Assembly (NCBI GenBank): GCA_963805085.1
Contig: CAWDTA010000002.1
Span: 352,001 to 416,000 of the forward strand
Reading direction: 5' to 3'
Source: an uncultured Veillonellaceae bacterium
GTDB taxonomy: Bacteria; Bacillota; Negativicutes; JARBTT01
DNA: 64,000 nt
The stretch's first letter is position 1. Each line of letters opens with the position of its first letter. A model generated the notes under the pieces. The model made no database searches, was not told the origin of the DNA, and saw nothing but the letters and a program-made list of their open reading frames with translations. Position numbers and translations under genes: made by a program. This document shows positions 1 through 11,435 of the stretch, piece by piece.

Positions 1-455
1 TCCTTTATTTTACTACCCCTCAACCGCTGATTGAACATATCAAGCGTTTTAGTTCCGTGTGGCTGAAGGATTGTCAGTATTGAAGGAATTCCAAGTTGCT
101 GGCTTACCTTCGGTCCACTTAAGGTGCCACAAAGTAGCAAATTTGGCTTCTCCCGCGTAATAATTTTTGTTTCGATCGCCATAATGTCGGCCATAATCTG
201 CTGACTCTTCCCCAACATTTCTTCCTGCTCTTCTGGGGTAGTTTCCTGATTGCTAAGCGGGTAATCAAATTGGGGCATATCAGTGATTTCAATGACATCA
301 ATACCAAAATCTTTAATAATAGGGATTAATTTGTCACTGGCTAGAAATTTCACCTCGTGTTCACGGCGTTGGAGAGCCTTGGCTATTGCCACCACCCTCA
401 TGGTCTGTCCCATGATCGTACCTGTGCCCATCTGTGCCGTACAGAGAACTTTCAT
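1..455 (-). CDS. Glycosyltransferase, GT-B fold (GT1/GT28-like); partial, runs off the window edge
   Basis: Not in the ORF track. Manual translation from ATG at 455 (RBS GGAGG at ~465-469) gives MKVLCTAQMGTGTIMGQTMRVVAIAKALQRREHEVKFLAS...EKPNLLLC...QQLGIPSI, a typical GT-B N-terminal pattern. Open to position 1 and overlaps the upstream kinase stop by 95 bp. Confidence 0.75.
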   Translation of the reverse strand, partial: MKVLCTAQMGTGTIMGQTMRVVAIAKALQRREHEVKFLASDKLIPIIKDFGIDVIEITDMPQFDYPLSNQETTPEEQEEMLGKSQQIMADIMAIETKIITREKPNLLLCGTLSGPKVSQQLGIPSILTILQPHGTKTLDMFNQRLRGSKIK

Positions 456-1473
456 CTATAGGATCCTCCTTCATTTCGTGGATAATTAAATTTTCTTGGG
501 TAAGTAACTCGTCAAGCATCGTATGAAGATACTCACGATAGTGCTGGTTAACCACACCACGTACTTCAGGTTTTGATGGAAACTGGCTGATGGCAGAAAT
601 TGATGCCTTTATTGAGCCGAAAGTATTACCTAGAACTACAGCTAATAACGGATTGCGCAGCTTAGCATAGCAATATATGAAGCCTGCTGAAGCCGTGTCA
701 CCACACCCTACAGTATCTGCCACCTTTTCAACATCTACCACAGGGACATCTGCCCAAAATATCCGATCATTTCGTCGCCAAGCAACTAAGGAAGATTGAT
801 CACCGAAAGTGATCCAACAAGCGGTTAACCTTCTACTTACCATATCCGTTGCGTAATTTGCGTAATCTTCATGTTTTTCCAATGAACGTCCGGCGGCCCA
901 CTGCGCTTCCTTATCATTCATCTTTAGAAAATCAATATTTTTCAGCCATTCGTCAGCGTATTCCCATTCTTTCTTATAGCGGTTACCGTTTTCATCAAGG
1001 CCAGTTATCAACCCATGAATATCCAGAAAAATTGCTGGTCGAGAAGTTTTGCGAAAATTTCTTACATCATCAAGCGTTACATCAGTTTCGTTCAGCGGCA
1101 TCAATATGAGATAATCACAATCTGCCAGCAAATTCAGCTCTGCTAGAGAAACTGGTGTCATCGTGCGCATTTGATGGCTAATTCGTTCATGATCATTAAT
1201 AAGGCTTAGTTCAATCTTTGTCCCATTTTTACATGAGGTATCAAGAATAGGCATTCTGATATTGGGATGATCGAGCAATTCGCGAGCTTCGTTTATGTCC
1301 TCTGGGGATAAATGCGATAGACATACGACGCTGTCGGTCGTTCCTTCCAATAACTTTGCAAGTACTAATGCACTATATGCAACAGCCCCTAATCTACTAA
1401 TAACCTTACCATCTGGCAATACCATCCTGTCTTTCGATATCGGTCCTACAATACCGATCTTCACACTAATCAC
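361..1473 (-). CDS. PfkB/ribokinase-family carbohydrate kinase
   Basis: N-terminal IGIVGPISKD, KMNDKEA and the PfkB signature DTVGCGDTASAGF. Confidence 0.8.
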   Translation of the reverse strand: MISVKIGIVGPISKDRMVLPDGKVISRLGAVAYSALVLAKLLEGTTDSVVCLSHLSPEDINEARELLDHPNIRMPILDTSCKNGTKIELSLINDHERISHQMRTMTPVSLAELNLLADCDYLILMPLNETDVTLDDVRNFRKTSRPAIFLDIHGLITGLDENGNRYKKEWEYADEWLKNIDFLKMNDKEAQWAAGRSLEKHEDYANYATDMVSRRLTACWITFGDQSSLVAWRRNDRIFWADVPVVDVEKVADTVGCGDTASAGFIYCYAKLRNPLLAVVLGNTFGSIKASISAISQFPSKPEVRGVVNQHYREYLHTMLDELLTQENLIIHEMKEDPIDESSLYGTDGHRYDHGTDHEGGGNSQGSPTP

Positions 1474-1703
1474 CTGCCTAAATAGCTATAATTGTATTAT
1501 TTCCCAAGAATCAAAAAATTGATCTCTTGCACATAAATTGCCGAGTATATATTCGTTATCAATGGTACTGGATATGCTATCTAAGTTTTTTAGCATTTTA
1601 TACGCATCGAGTAGCTTTGTGTATTTATCGAAAAAATTTTACCGTGTAGTACCTTTGTCATTGCCATTGAGCAATCGTAGAACTTAATTGGTTCTTATTG
1701 CAA

Positions 1704-3467
<1,764 letters not shown>

Positions 3468-3480
3468 TCAAAAAAAAAGC

Positions 3481-3538
3481 AAAAACTTCCTAACCGGTAA
3501 GAATGAAAATAAATTCAAACCTGTTAGGAAGTTTTTTT
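3481..3538 (-). terminator. Probable intrinsic terminator downstream of rpe
   Basis: Inverted repeat AAAAACTTCCTAAC...GTTAGGAAGTTTTT with T-runs. Confidence 0.6.
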
Positions 3539-3759
3539 ACCTCTTTGCCCTGAACACCATATACTATAAATTTAAAGAAAACCATCAAATCGTAACAAAA
3601 GCTACTTATATTGTTTGGTATTACTTTAAATGGAAGCAGTTATATTTTAAGTATATGGATAGGCAAAATATAAAATCAGTAACTTCTAGTTCGTTGTATT
3701 AAACGACCTAAAAGCTACGATTTAACCGATATTACTTATTTTGTATAGATATTTTATTT

Positions 3760-4443
3760 TTAAAAATCACTTGTAGCTGACGAAATTTTATTAAAAAAGT
3801 TTTTTATATTTCTTTTAATTGCAGCTTCTTTAAATAAAGATGACCCAATAACAATATTTTCAGCCCCTGCTTTAATCGTGTCGTTAATATTTTCCATTGT
3901 AACGCCACCATCAATCTGGATCGTGAATTTACCACCTTGTTCTTCACGCCATTTATACAAATTTGCAATTTTGTCTAAACTCGTTGGTATAAATTTTTGA
4001 CCACCAAAACCTGGTTCAACCGTCATAATTAACACCTTATCTATTACACTGGCTTTTACTACATATTCTAAAACGCTAAAATCTGTAGATGGATTTAAAG
4101 CTACCCCTGTTTGCATCCCTAGTTTTTTTATTTTTTCTAATGTCCGATACAGATGATTGCAGGCTTCGCTATGCACAGTTACTGAGTTTACCCCTGCAAC
4201 AGCTAATTGGTCAATCATCATATCCGGATCCTCAACCATTAAATGTGCATCAAACTCTATATTGGGATCAACTGTGCGCAGCATTTTAATCGGATCTACG
4301 CCAAAGCTAATATTCGGAACAAAGTGTCCATCCATAATATCTAAATGCAATGTTGTTATTCCACTCTCAACCAAAGTTTTGATAGTTTCACCTAATTTAC
4401 TAAAGTCTGCACCCAAAAGTGAAGGGGCAATAATTGTCTTCAT
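3760..4443 (-). CDS. rpe: Ribulose-phosphate 3-epimerase
   Basis: IAPSLL, HLDIMDGHFVPNISFG, MTVEPGFGGQKF, IQIDGG. Confidence 0.95.
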   Translation of the reverse strand: MKTIIAPSLLGADFSKLGETIKTLVESGITTLHLDIMDGHFVPNISFGVDPIKMLRTVDPNIEFDAHLMVEDPDMMIDQLAVAGVNSVTVHSEACNHLYRTLEKIKKLGMQTGVALNPSTDFSVLEYVVKASVIDKVLIMTVEPGFGGQKFIPTSLDKIANLYKWREEQGGKFTIQIDGGVTMENINDTIKAGAENIVIGSSLFKEAAIKRNIKNFFNKISSATSDF

Positions 4444-4452
4444 AACTTTTCC

Positions 4453-5373
4453 TCACTTTATCGATTTTACTGCAGCAATAATATCCTCTGTCGTTAATCC
4501 ATATTGTTTTAATAGGTCGTCAGGTTTACCAGAAGCGCCAAATTTATCTTTTACCCCAACCATTGCAACTTTAGTCGGATATTCCTGTGACAACACCTCA
4601 CAGACTGCTGACCCCAATCCGCCTATCACACTATGCTCTTCTGCGGTTACGATTTTACCCGTTAACCTTGCAGTTTCCAAAATCAATTCTTTGTCTATTG
4701 GCTTGATGGTATGCATATTAATGACCGTTGCTGCTATTCCTTCTTCTTGTAACTTACTTGCCGCGTCTAAGGCTTTTGCTACCATAATTCCCGTTGCAAT
4801 TATGCCTACGTCTTTACCTTCTCTCAAGACTTCGCCTTTACCCCAGATAAACTGATAATATTCGTTATGCAAATCTGGCGTTGCCGCTCTGCCTAAGCGT
4901 ATATAAACTGGTCCATAATATAGCACTGCAGCTTTAATCGCTTCTTCCGCTTCTTTACCATCAGATGGATTGATAACCGTCATGTTGGGAATGCTGCGCA
5001 TAAGTGAAATATCTTCAATTGCTTGGTGACTCCCACCATCTTCACCTACTGTAAGACCTGCATGAGTTGCAGCAATTTTTACATTTAAATTTGGATAGGC
5101 AATCGAATTGCGGACTTGTTCAAACGCTCTCCCCGCGGCAAAAATTGCAAAGGTACTAGCAAATGGTATTTTTCCACAAGTTGCTAGTCCAGCTGCTGTT
5201 CCCATCATATCTTGCTCTGAAATTCCCATATCAAAAAATCTTTCAGGACATACTTTTTTAAATTCAATTGTTTTTGTCGCTTTCGCTAAGTCAGCATCAA
5301 GCACTACGACTTGAGGATTTTCACTAAGCTCGACTAATGTTTTACCAAAGGCTTCTCTTGTTGCAATACTCAT
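4453..5373 (-). CDS. Transketolase, C-terminal subunit (split enzyme)
   Basis: GISEQDMMGTAAGLA, GEDGGSHQ, EEHSVIGGLG. Confidence 0.93.
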   Translation of the reverse strand: MSIATREAFGKTLVELSENPQVVVLDADLAKATKTIEFKKVCPERFFDMGISEQDMMGTAAGLATCGKIPFASTFAIFAAGRAFEQVRNSIAYPNLNVKIAATHAGLTVGEDGGSHQAIEDISLMRSIPNMTVINPSDGKEAEEAIKAAVLYYGPVYIRLGRAATPDLHNEYYQFIWGKGEVLREGKDVGIIATGIMVAKALDAASKLQEEGIAATVINMHTIKPIDKELILETARLTGKIVTAEEHSVIGGLGSAVCEVLSQEYPTKVAMVGVKDKFGASGKPDDLLKQYGLTTEDIIAAVKSIK

Positions 5374-6194
5374 TTTGTAACACTTCCTTCTAACTCAGCA
5401 ATCGCTTCTTCTTTTTGTTTTTGGTTAGGCGCAGAGCCATGCCATCCCACTTGGTTTTCCATAAAAGAAACGCCTTTTCCCTTCACTGTCTTTGCAATAA
5501 TTGCTGTTGGTTTACAAGTTAAATTTTGTGCTAAATCAATTGCAGCTCTAATCTGCACAAAATCATGACCGTCAATTTCAATTACATGCCAACCAAAGGC
5601 TTTAAATTTATCGCCAATTGGATCTACATTCATTACCTCTGCATTAGCACCATCAATTTGCAATCCATTGTTATCAACAATTAAAGTTAAATTATCTAAA
5701 TGATAATGCGCACTGCTCATTGCCGCTTCCCATATTTGTCCTTCTTGTAATTCACCATCACCAGCAATTGCATAAACTTGATAAGGCTTCTTATCTAATC
5801 TAGCCGCTAAAGCCATACCATTTGCCACAGATAAGCCTTGTCCTAAAGAACCTGTTGACATATCAATGCCTGGTATCCGTTTCATATCTGGATGGCCTTG
5901 TAACATTGCGTCTATTTTTCGCAAATTTACAAGTTCTTCTTTTGGAAAATAACCTCTTTCCGCTAATACACTATAAAGGCCTGGTGCCGCATGTCCTTTT
6001 GATAATACAAAGCGATCACGCTCTTTCCACTTAGGCATATCAGGACGTACATTCATTTTTTCAAAGTATAATACAGTTAAAATATCAACCATTGATAACG
6101 AACCACCTGGATGTCCAGAACCAGCAGCGGCTAACATTTCAATGATATTTATTCGAATTGATTGGACTAATTTTTTTAATTCATCGATTTCCAT
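5370..6194 (-). CDS. Transketolase, N-terminal (TPP-binding) subunit
   Basis: SGHPGGSLS, RDRFVLSKGH, GSLGQG, GDGELQEG. Confidence 0.93.
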   Translation of the reverse strand: MEIDELKKLVQSIRINIIEMLAAAGSGHPGGSLSMVDILTVLYFEKMNVRPDMPKWKERDRFVLSKGHAAPGLYSVLAERGYFPKEELVNLRKIDAMLQGHPDMKRIPGIDMSTGSLGQGLSVANGMALAARLDKKPYQVYAIAGDGELQEGQIWEAAMSSAHYHLDNLTLIVDNNGLQIDGANAEVMNVDPIGDKFKAFGWHVIEIDGHDFVQIRAAIDLAQNLTCKPTAIIAKTVKGKGVSFMENQVGWHGSAPNQKQKEEAIAELEGSVTK

Positions 6195-6261
6195 AAGTTT
6201 TCCTCATTCATCTAAATATTTTTTCATTCAAGTTTATATCTTGTATCTCAGATATAATTTT

Positions 6262-6732
6262 CTAAGCTTTTTCAGACAATAAGCAGTGTTTTTGCTCATA
6301 GTCTTGAATCAAACGAATTCGTTCTCCATATTTCCCCCCTAAGAATTCAGTATCTAACCAGACTTTCATTATTTCAATCGCCATTGCTGGTGCGATAATT
6401 CTTGCTCCCATACAAAGTACATTAGCATCATTATGTTCCCTTGTTGCTTTGGCTGAAAACAAATCATGAACAAGTGCAGCGCGTATACCAGCAATTTTAT
6501 TTGCCATCATCGACATTCCAATCCCTGTCCCGCAAACTAAGATGCCTTTTTTATCTTTATTGAAAGCCACATTTTTTGCAACATCTTGCGCAATGACTGC
6601 AAAATTTACAGAGTCTTCGTTGTATGTTCCCATATCCTCAACTCCTATATCATGACAATGCAAAAATTCAATTAAATCATTTTTCAAAGAGAATCCTGCA
6701 TGGTCGCTTCCGATAACAACAACTTTTTTCAT
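6262..6732 (-). CDS. rpiB: Ribose-5-phosphate isomerase B
   Basis: GSDHAG, CGTGIG, REHNDANVL. Confidence 0.9.
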   Translation of the reverse strand: MKKVVVIGSDHAGFSLKNDLIEFLHCHDIGVEDMGTYNEDSVNFAVIAQDVAKNVAFNKDKKGILVCGTGIGMSMMANKIAGIRAALVHDLFSAKATREHNDANVLCMGARIIAPAMAIEIMKVWLDTEFLGGKYGERIRLIQDYEQKHCLLSEKA

Positions 6733-6756
6733 GATAGAACTCCTTATTTTAATTTT

Positions 6757-7443
6757 TCACTTTTGTCCATAATAAGCATTTTTTCCATGTTTTCTTGAGA
6801 AATGTTTATTCATCAAAATTTTATCCATAATATTATTTGGTGTCATCAATTCTGTATAATAGGCCATACGAGCAACCTCTTCTAAAACTACTGCATTATG
6901 AACTGCTTCTTTGGCACTTTTTCCCCAAGTGAACGGACCATGATCATTGACAACTACGCCTGGGCAGTGAATTGGATTTCTTCCCATAAAAGTTTCAATA
7001 ATTACATTGCCTGTTTCTTGTTCATAATTCCGATCGATTTCCTCTTTACTTAGCTTTCTCGTACAAGGAATTTCTCCATAGAAATAATCTGCGTGAGTTG
7101 TACCACAAGCTGGAATTGACTTACCAATTTGCGCCCAAGTGGTTGCCCAGCTAGAATGTGTATGAACAATTCCACCAACCTCATCAAATTCTTTATACAA
7201 AGCAAGGTGTGTAGCGGTGTCAGAGGATGGATTTAATTTTCCTTCAATACGATTTCCTTCTAAGTCGACAACAACTAAATCATCTATTGTCATAACATCG
7301 TACTCGACCCCGCTCGGTTTAATGACAACCAGGCCTTTTTCCCTGTCAATACCACTCACATTTCCCCATGTATAGGTAATCAAACCTCTAGCAGGTAACT
7401 CTAAATTTGCTGCTAAAACCTCTTTTTTTAATTTTTCTAACAT
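6757..7443 (-). CDS. araD: L-ribulose-5-phosphate 4-epimerase
   Basis: [45 protein letters not shown]. Confidence 0.93.
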   Translation of the reverse strand: MLEKLKKEVLAANLELPARGLITYTWGNVSGIDREKGLVVIKPSGVEYDVMTIDDLVVVDLEGNRIEGKLNPSSDTATHLALYKEFDEVGGIVHTHSSWATTWAQIGKSIPACGTTHADYFYGEIPCTRKLSKEEIDRNYEQETGNVIIETFMGRNPIHCPGVVVNDHGPFTWGKSAKEAVHNAVVLEEVARMAYYTELMTPNNIMDKILMNKHFSRKHGKNAYYGQK

Positions 7444-7608
7444 GACAACTACTCCTTTTCAACATAATTTTACATTTTAGAACTCTATGAACTGCTGCCG
7501 CTATCAATATATAGCGACTCCTTATTTTTGATCACTTATATCTTTCAGGCTGTCGACAAAATAAAATATTTGTGTCGATGATTTAGAAGATATCTAAATC
7601 CGTTCCAC

Positions 7609-8667
7609 TTATATTTTTACCAACACTTTATTAAATTCAATTTCACGTTTCGCCATTTTTTGTAAATATTCACCCAATTCTTCTAGTGAAATAATATGCG
7701 AAAGCATCGGTTTAAAAACAATCTCACCTTTTTGCATAAACTCCAATGTAGCCGTCCAAGCTCTACCTGGATAAGGTTGTGTATAAGAATTCCACGAACC
7801 TTTAATCGTCAATTCACCACGTAAAATATTTTCTGCTGCAGTTGCACTTAAAGGTAATTCAGCATGAGAAATTCCAACAAAAACAATGGTACCTTTTTTC
7901 TTTGCAATCATCAATGACTGTTCCTGCGTAAATCTACTACCAGCAGTTTCAATGACAACATCAGCACCACCATTTGTCATTTCTTTAATGACAGCTACAG
8001 CGTCTACTTCTTTTGCATTTACACTATCCGTTGCCCCCAATTTTTTGGCAAGTTCTAGTTTATCATTGAAAATATCCACAGCAATCACTTTTGCTGCGCC
8101 AAAAACTTTTGCCCATTGAACCGCAAACTGTCCAATAGGCCCGCATCCCAAAATGACAACTTGATCGCCAACCTTAATTTCAGCTTTGGCAACACCATGA
8201 TAGGCTATCGTTGATGGTTCGATACCTGCGGCAGTTTCATAGTCTAATCCTTCCGGCAATTTAAGAAGATGACCGGATTTCACCTTAACAAACTCGGCAA
8301 AAGCTCCATTTACTCTCGTTCCAATAATTTGATAATCACCACACAAGCCATAATTACCTGATTTACAATATTCACAATGTCCACATGGAACAAGTGGTGC
8401 AACCGCTACTTTATCCCCAATTTTAAAAGCAGTAACCTTCTCGCCAACTTTGGTAATTTGTCCAGAAAACTCATGTCCTAAAATTAATGGATACTTAGTT
8501 GTTCCACTCAAACCACTAATCATAGCTCTAGGTAAGTCAGATCCACAAATCCCCGCATATTTAACATTGACCAGTACCTCGTCTACATCAATTTCTGGGA
8601 TATCTACCATTTCACACTTAACCTCAGCTATGCCATGTAATACTGAAGCCTTCATTTTGTTTAACAT
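7609..8667 (-). CDS. Zn-dependent polyol-phosphate dehydrogenase (galactitol-1-phosphate 5-dehydrogenase-like)
   Basis: GICGSD, GHEFSG, structural Zn CGHCEYC...C, GCGPIG. Confidence 0.85.
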   Translation of the reverse strand: MLNKMKASVLHGIAEVKCEMVDIPEIDVDEVLVNVKYAGICGSDLPRAMISGLSGTTKYPLILGHEFSGQITKVGEKVTAFKIGDKVAVAPLVPCGHCEYCKSGNYGLCGDYQIIGTRVNGAFAEFVKVKSGHLLKLPEGLDYETAAGIEPSTIAYHGVAKAEIKVGDQVVILGCGPIGQFAVQWAKVFGAAKVIAVDIFNDKLELAKKLGATDSVNAKEVDAVAVIKEMTNGGADVVIETAGSRFTQEQSLMIAKKKGTIVFVGISHAELPLSATAAENILRGELTIKGSWNSYTQPYPGRAWTATLEFMQKGEIVFKPMLSHIISLEELGEYLQKMAKREIEFNKVLVKI

Positions 8668-8723
8668 TATAATTTCCCCTCTCTATAAATAAGCGTGATA
8701 AACTTGCTATATTAACTTAATGT

Positions 8724-8739
8724 AGCAAATATCATGCCA
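8724..8739 (-). promoter_or_regulatory. Sigma54 (-24/-12) promoter of the dehydrogenase-araD-rpiB-tkt-rpe operon
   Basis: Minus strand reads TGGCATGATATTTGCT, matching TGGCAC-N5-TTGC. Confidence 0.8.
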
Positions 8740-8924
8740 ACCAAAATTCAAATTTAAAAACCTGATTTTCCTTGGATATTAATCTATTCCATCAGCAGTC
8801 ATTACATTTAATGCAACTGCATTACATTATGAAATTATTGTTTATCATTATGTTTTACCAAGTGCATTTAACCGGTCGGTTCGTTTTCATGAGCAAATTT
8901 TAGTTTTTTAAACCTTTTTGAAAT

Positions 8925-8969
8925 AAAACAACTGCAATAAAATCAATTGATTTCATTACAGTTGTTTTT
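8925..8969 (-). terminator. Probable terminator after the PTS IIC gene
   Basis: AAAACAACTG...CAGTTGTTTT inverted repeat. Confidence 0.5.
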
Positions 8970-8990
8970 ATCTATTCATTAAAAATTTTC

Positions 8991-10394
8991 TTAAACGTTT
9001 GTCTCATCAGAAGCATTTTTTAACGCCTGTCTATCTAAATAATCGGAAATTGCTGCTTTGTTCTTTTTGTATAAAGCCCAAAGAGCAAAGTAAACGACTA
9101 CCGCAAGTCCAATTAAGATTGGGCTCGCTGTTAAAAATGCAAAGAATACTAATCCCATTAAAGGTTTTCCTAAGATATTAAAGCTCGTAATTAACATTGC
9201 ACCTGCCGGAATCGCTACCCCTATTGCCAACGACATATCCGTAAATAAAGGTGCAGTTAGCGTACAAATGTATAATCCAAGGGCAAACCAGATAACTCCT
9301 GAAAACAGTATTTTCGCAATATTCCCATTATGGACCGCAACAAGACCCTGTACCATATAAGGAATAGCCAATAAGTCAACTACAGGTAAAACTTGGTTGC
9401 CTGGCAATATTACTGCTACTACCAGCATGATTGGGATAAGAATTAATCCTGACATCAACGTAGCTGGCTCACCATATCCTACAGCATCATTTACTGCAAT
9501 ATACCATTCTCTATTTCCTGATTTCTCCATCATTTTTCTTGCAGCTGCGGTTATTGGTGCAAAGGCTTGTGCAAACATACTTGCAACTTTCGGAAAAATA
9601 GCCATAACTGCACTAGTAGAAATACCAACCTTCATGATTTCTCCCCAAGCAGCCAGCGTTTCAATTCTATCTACATTACCTAAAATACCAATAAACATCC
9701 CAAGAAAAAGACCCAATGTCATCGGTTCACCAAGAAAGCCAAATTTCTTCTCTAGTTCAACCGGATTTAATTTAATTTTGTTTAATCCTAATGCATTATA
9801 AATTGGATCCGCAACAATTGCAAAAATGGATGGTTCAACATTATGCATTGCAATGATTGTACAATTTGGATATTTATAGTACGTGGACCATCTTTTTGCT
9901 ACCAATTCTGAAATTAATAAACTATATAAATTAAGCAGAACCATACAAGCAATACCTAATGGAAAGCTGCCAGTCACGCCGATAACCATAGCGCCCCAAA
10001 CCATATAGGAATAATTATTCCATAAATCTGATGGTTGGAAAACATCTGTCCACTTTACTAAAAATAAAATCGTCTGTAAAGCTATCCCTAAACCAAGATA
10101 AATCATACCAGCGCTAGTGGAAAAAGCTACCAGTGATGTTGCTTGCCAGCCAACATCGAATACTGGCAATTGTACGCCTGTAATATGAACCATTTGATTT
10201 ATTACCGGTGTAATAATTGGAGTAAATGAATTTAAAATTAGTACAAATCCCTGTAAAGCAACCCCAGCATAAATTGCAGAAAGAAAAGATTTTTTGGTTG
10301 TTACTTTAAATACTTTAGCAATGATAAAGATAATGACTGGTACAATAATCGCTGCACCAAATGAATCAATAATAGCTTTCATAAATTCCAACAT
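8991..10394 (-). CDS. PTS galactitol-family EIIC component
   Basis: Polytopic membrane protein with FDVGW, DLWNNY, NDAVGYGEP and LPGNQVLP, typical of the GatC family. Confidence 0.9.
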   Translation of the reverse strand: MLEFMKAIIDSFGAAIIVPVIIFIIAKVFKVTTKKSFLSAIYAGVALQGFVLILNSFTPIITPVINQMVHITGVQLPVFDVGWQATSLVAFSTSAGMIYLGLGIALQTILFLVKWTDVFQPSDLWNNYSYMVWGAMVIGVTGSFPLGIACMVLLNLYSLLISELVAKRWSTYYKYPNCTIIAMHNVEPSIFAIVADPIYNALGLNKIKLNPVELEKKFGFLGEPMTLGLFLGMFIGILGNVDRIETLAAWGEIMKVGISTSAVMAIFPKVASMFAQAFAPITAAARKMMEKSGNREWYIAVNDAVGYGEPATLMSGLILIPIMLVVAVILPGNQVLPVVDLLAIPYMVQGLVAVHNGNIAKILFSGVIWFALGLYICTLTAPLFTDMSLAIGVAIPAGAMLITSFNILGKPLMGLVFFAFLTASPILIGLAVVVYFALWALYKKNKAAISDYLDRQALKNASDETNV

Positions 10395-10443
10395 GAATAC
10401 GACCTCCTTAAATTATATAAGCATTAAAATATCTGTATATCTT

Positions 10444-10746
10444 TTACCTTTTTATTTCACTAATAACCTTAAATGTTTCTTCAAAGAATTCGTCTTCTCC
10501 CATACCCGTTAAACAAGCAAAAGCATTAATCGTTGGGATGCCATAATCACCCGCTTGTAATGGGCTGGTATATGTTATAAAGTCAAAACGTCCTGATTGT
10601 GCTAAATTTAATGCTTCAGTTGGTCTTGCTTCTGTCGTTGAAACTTTTATTCCCTTTTCGCCTAGAACCTCTTTTAATTTTGCTGCAACCATAGAAGATG
10701 TCACCGTTCCCGAACCGCATACCGATAAAATATTTACTTGCTTCAT
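10444..10746 (-). CDS. PTS galactitol-family EIIB component
   Basis: VCGSGTVTSSM phosphorylation loop. Confidence 0.9.
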   Translation of the reverse strand: MKQVNILSVCGSGTVTSSMVAAKLKEVLGEKGIKVSTTEARPTEALNLAQSGRFDFITYTSPLQAGDYGIPTINAFACLTGMGEDEFFEETFKVISEIKR

Positions 10747-10765
10747 GACAATCCCTCCCTTTTCT

Positions 10766-11212
10766 CTAATATTTAATAAAATTTAATAACTCTTTAATAT
10801 CTTCCTTGCTTTTCGCATTTCTAATCTGTTTCATCAACCCCACATTCTGGAATATTCTCATTAAACTTCCCAATAAACCAACTTGTGATGCCGGATCCTT
10901 TACTGCCAATAGAAAGACCAATCCTATATTAAGTTTTTTCATCGGTTCACTCATTGAACAAAACTCTACTGGATTTTTTAAAATGCCTATAGCGAAATTA
11001 GATACATTCACGTGCTCAGAATTTGTATGCGGAATCGCTACACAAAATTCTCCTAAATCTAGACCAGTTGGCAATTTACTTTCTCGTTCGAGTACCGCCG
11101 CGATATAAGAATCTTTAACGTAATTTTTCGCTAACATTCTTTGACCCAGTTCATTAATGATACCTTCACTGTCTTCAGCTTCAACGTCTAATGCGATTAA
11201 ATCTAAATCCAT
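10766..11212 (-). CDS. PTS EIIA component (EIIA_2 family)
   Basis: ERESKLPTGL...VAIPH. Confidence 0.9.
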   Translation of the reverse strand: MDLDLIALDVEAEDSEGIINELGQRMLAKNYVKDSYIAAVLERESKLPTGLDLGEFCVAIPHTNSEHVNVSNFAIGILKNPVEFCSMSEPMKKLNIGLVFLLAVKDPASQVGLLGSLMRIFQNVGLMKQIRNAKSKEDIKELLNFIKY

Positions 11213-11266
11213 TTTATATCCTCCTCCCTTATCAATTCATTGAATAAACCTTTCACTTTATTATTA

Positions 11267-11282
11267 AGCAAGATTCGTGCCA
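11267..11282 (-). promoter_or_regulatory. Sigma54 (-24/-12) promoter of the PTS operon
   Basis: Minus strand reads TGGCACGAATCTTGCT, essentially consensus. Confidence 0.88.
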
Positions 11283-11435
11283 ACCAAAAAAAACTTTTAT
11301 TTTTGTTATAAGCCCTTGAATTTTCAAGCAACTTACTCATCCCTATACATTTAAGTCATAAAAAATACATTTTAGAAATTCAGCTAAACATTATGTGAAA
11401 CTGACCTTGGCAACCAAATTTTTTAATTTAATTGT

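Noticed and set aside
4157-4855. Long antisense ORFs (also 13795-14379, 26053-26670, 52683-53252, 1711-2133)
   Set aside because: Opposite-strand shadows of well-supported genes, with no recognisable motifs.
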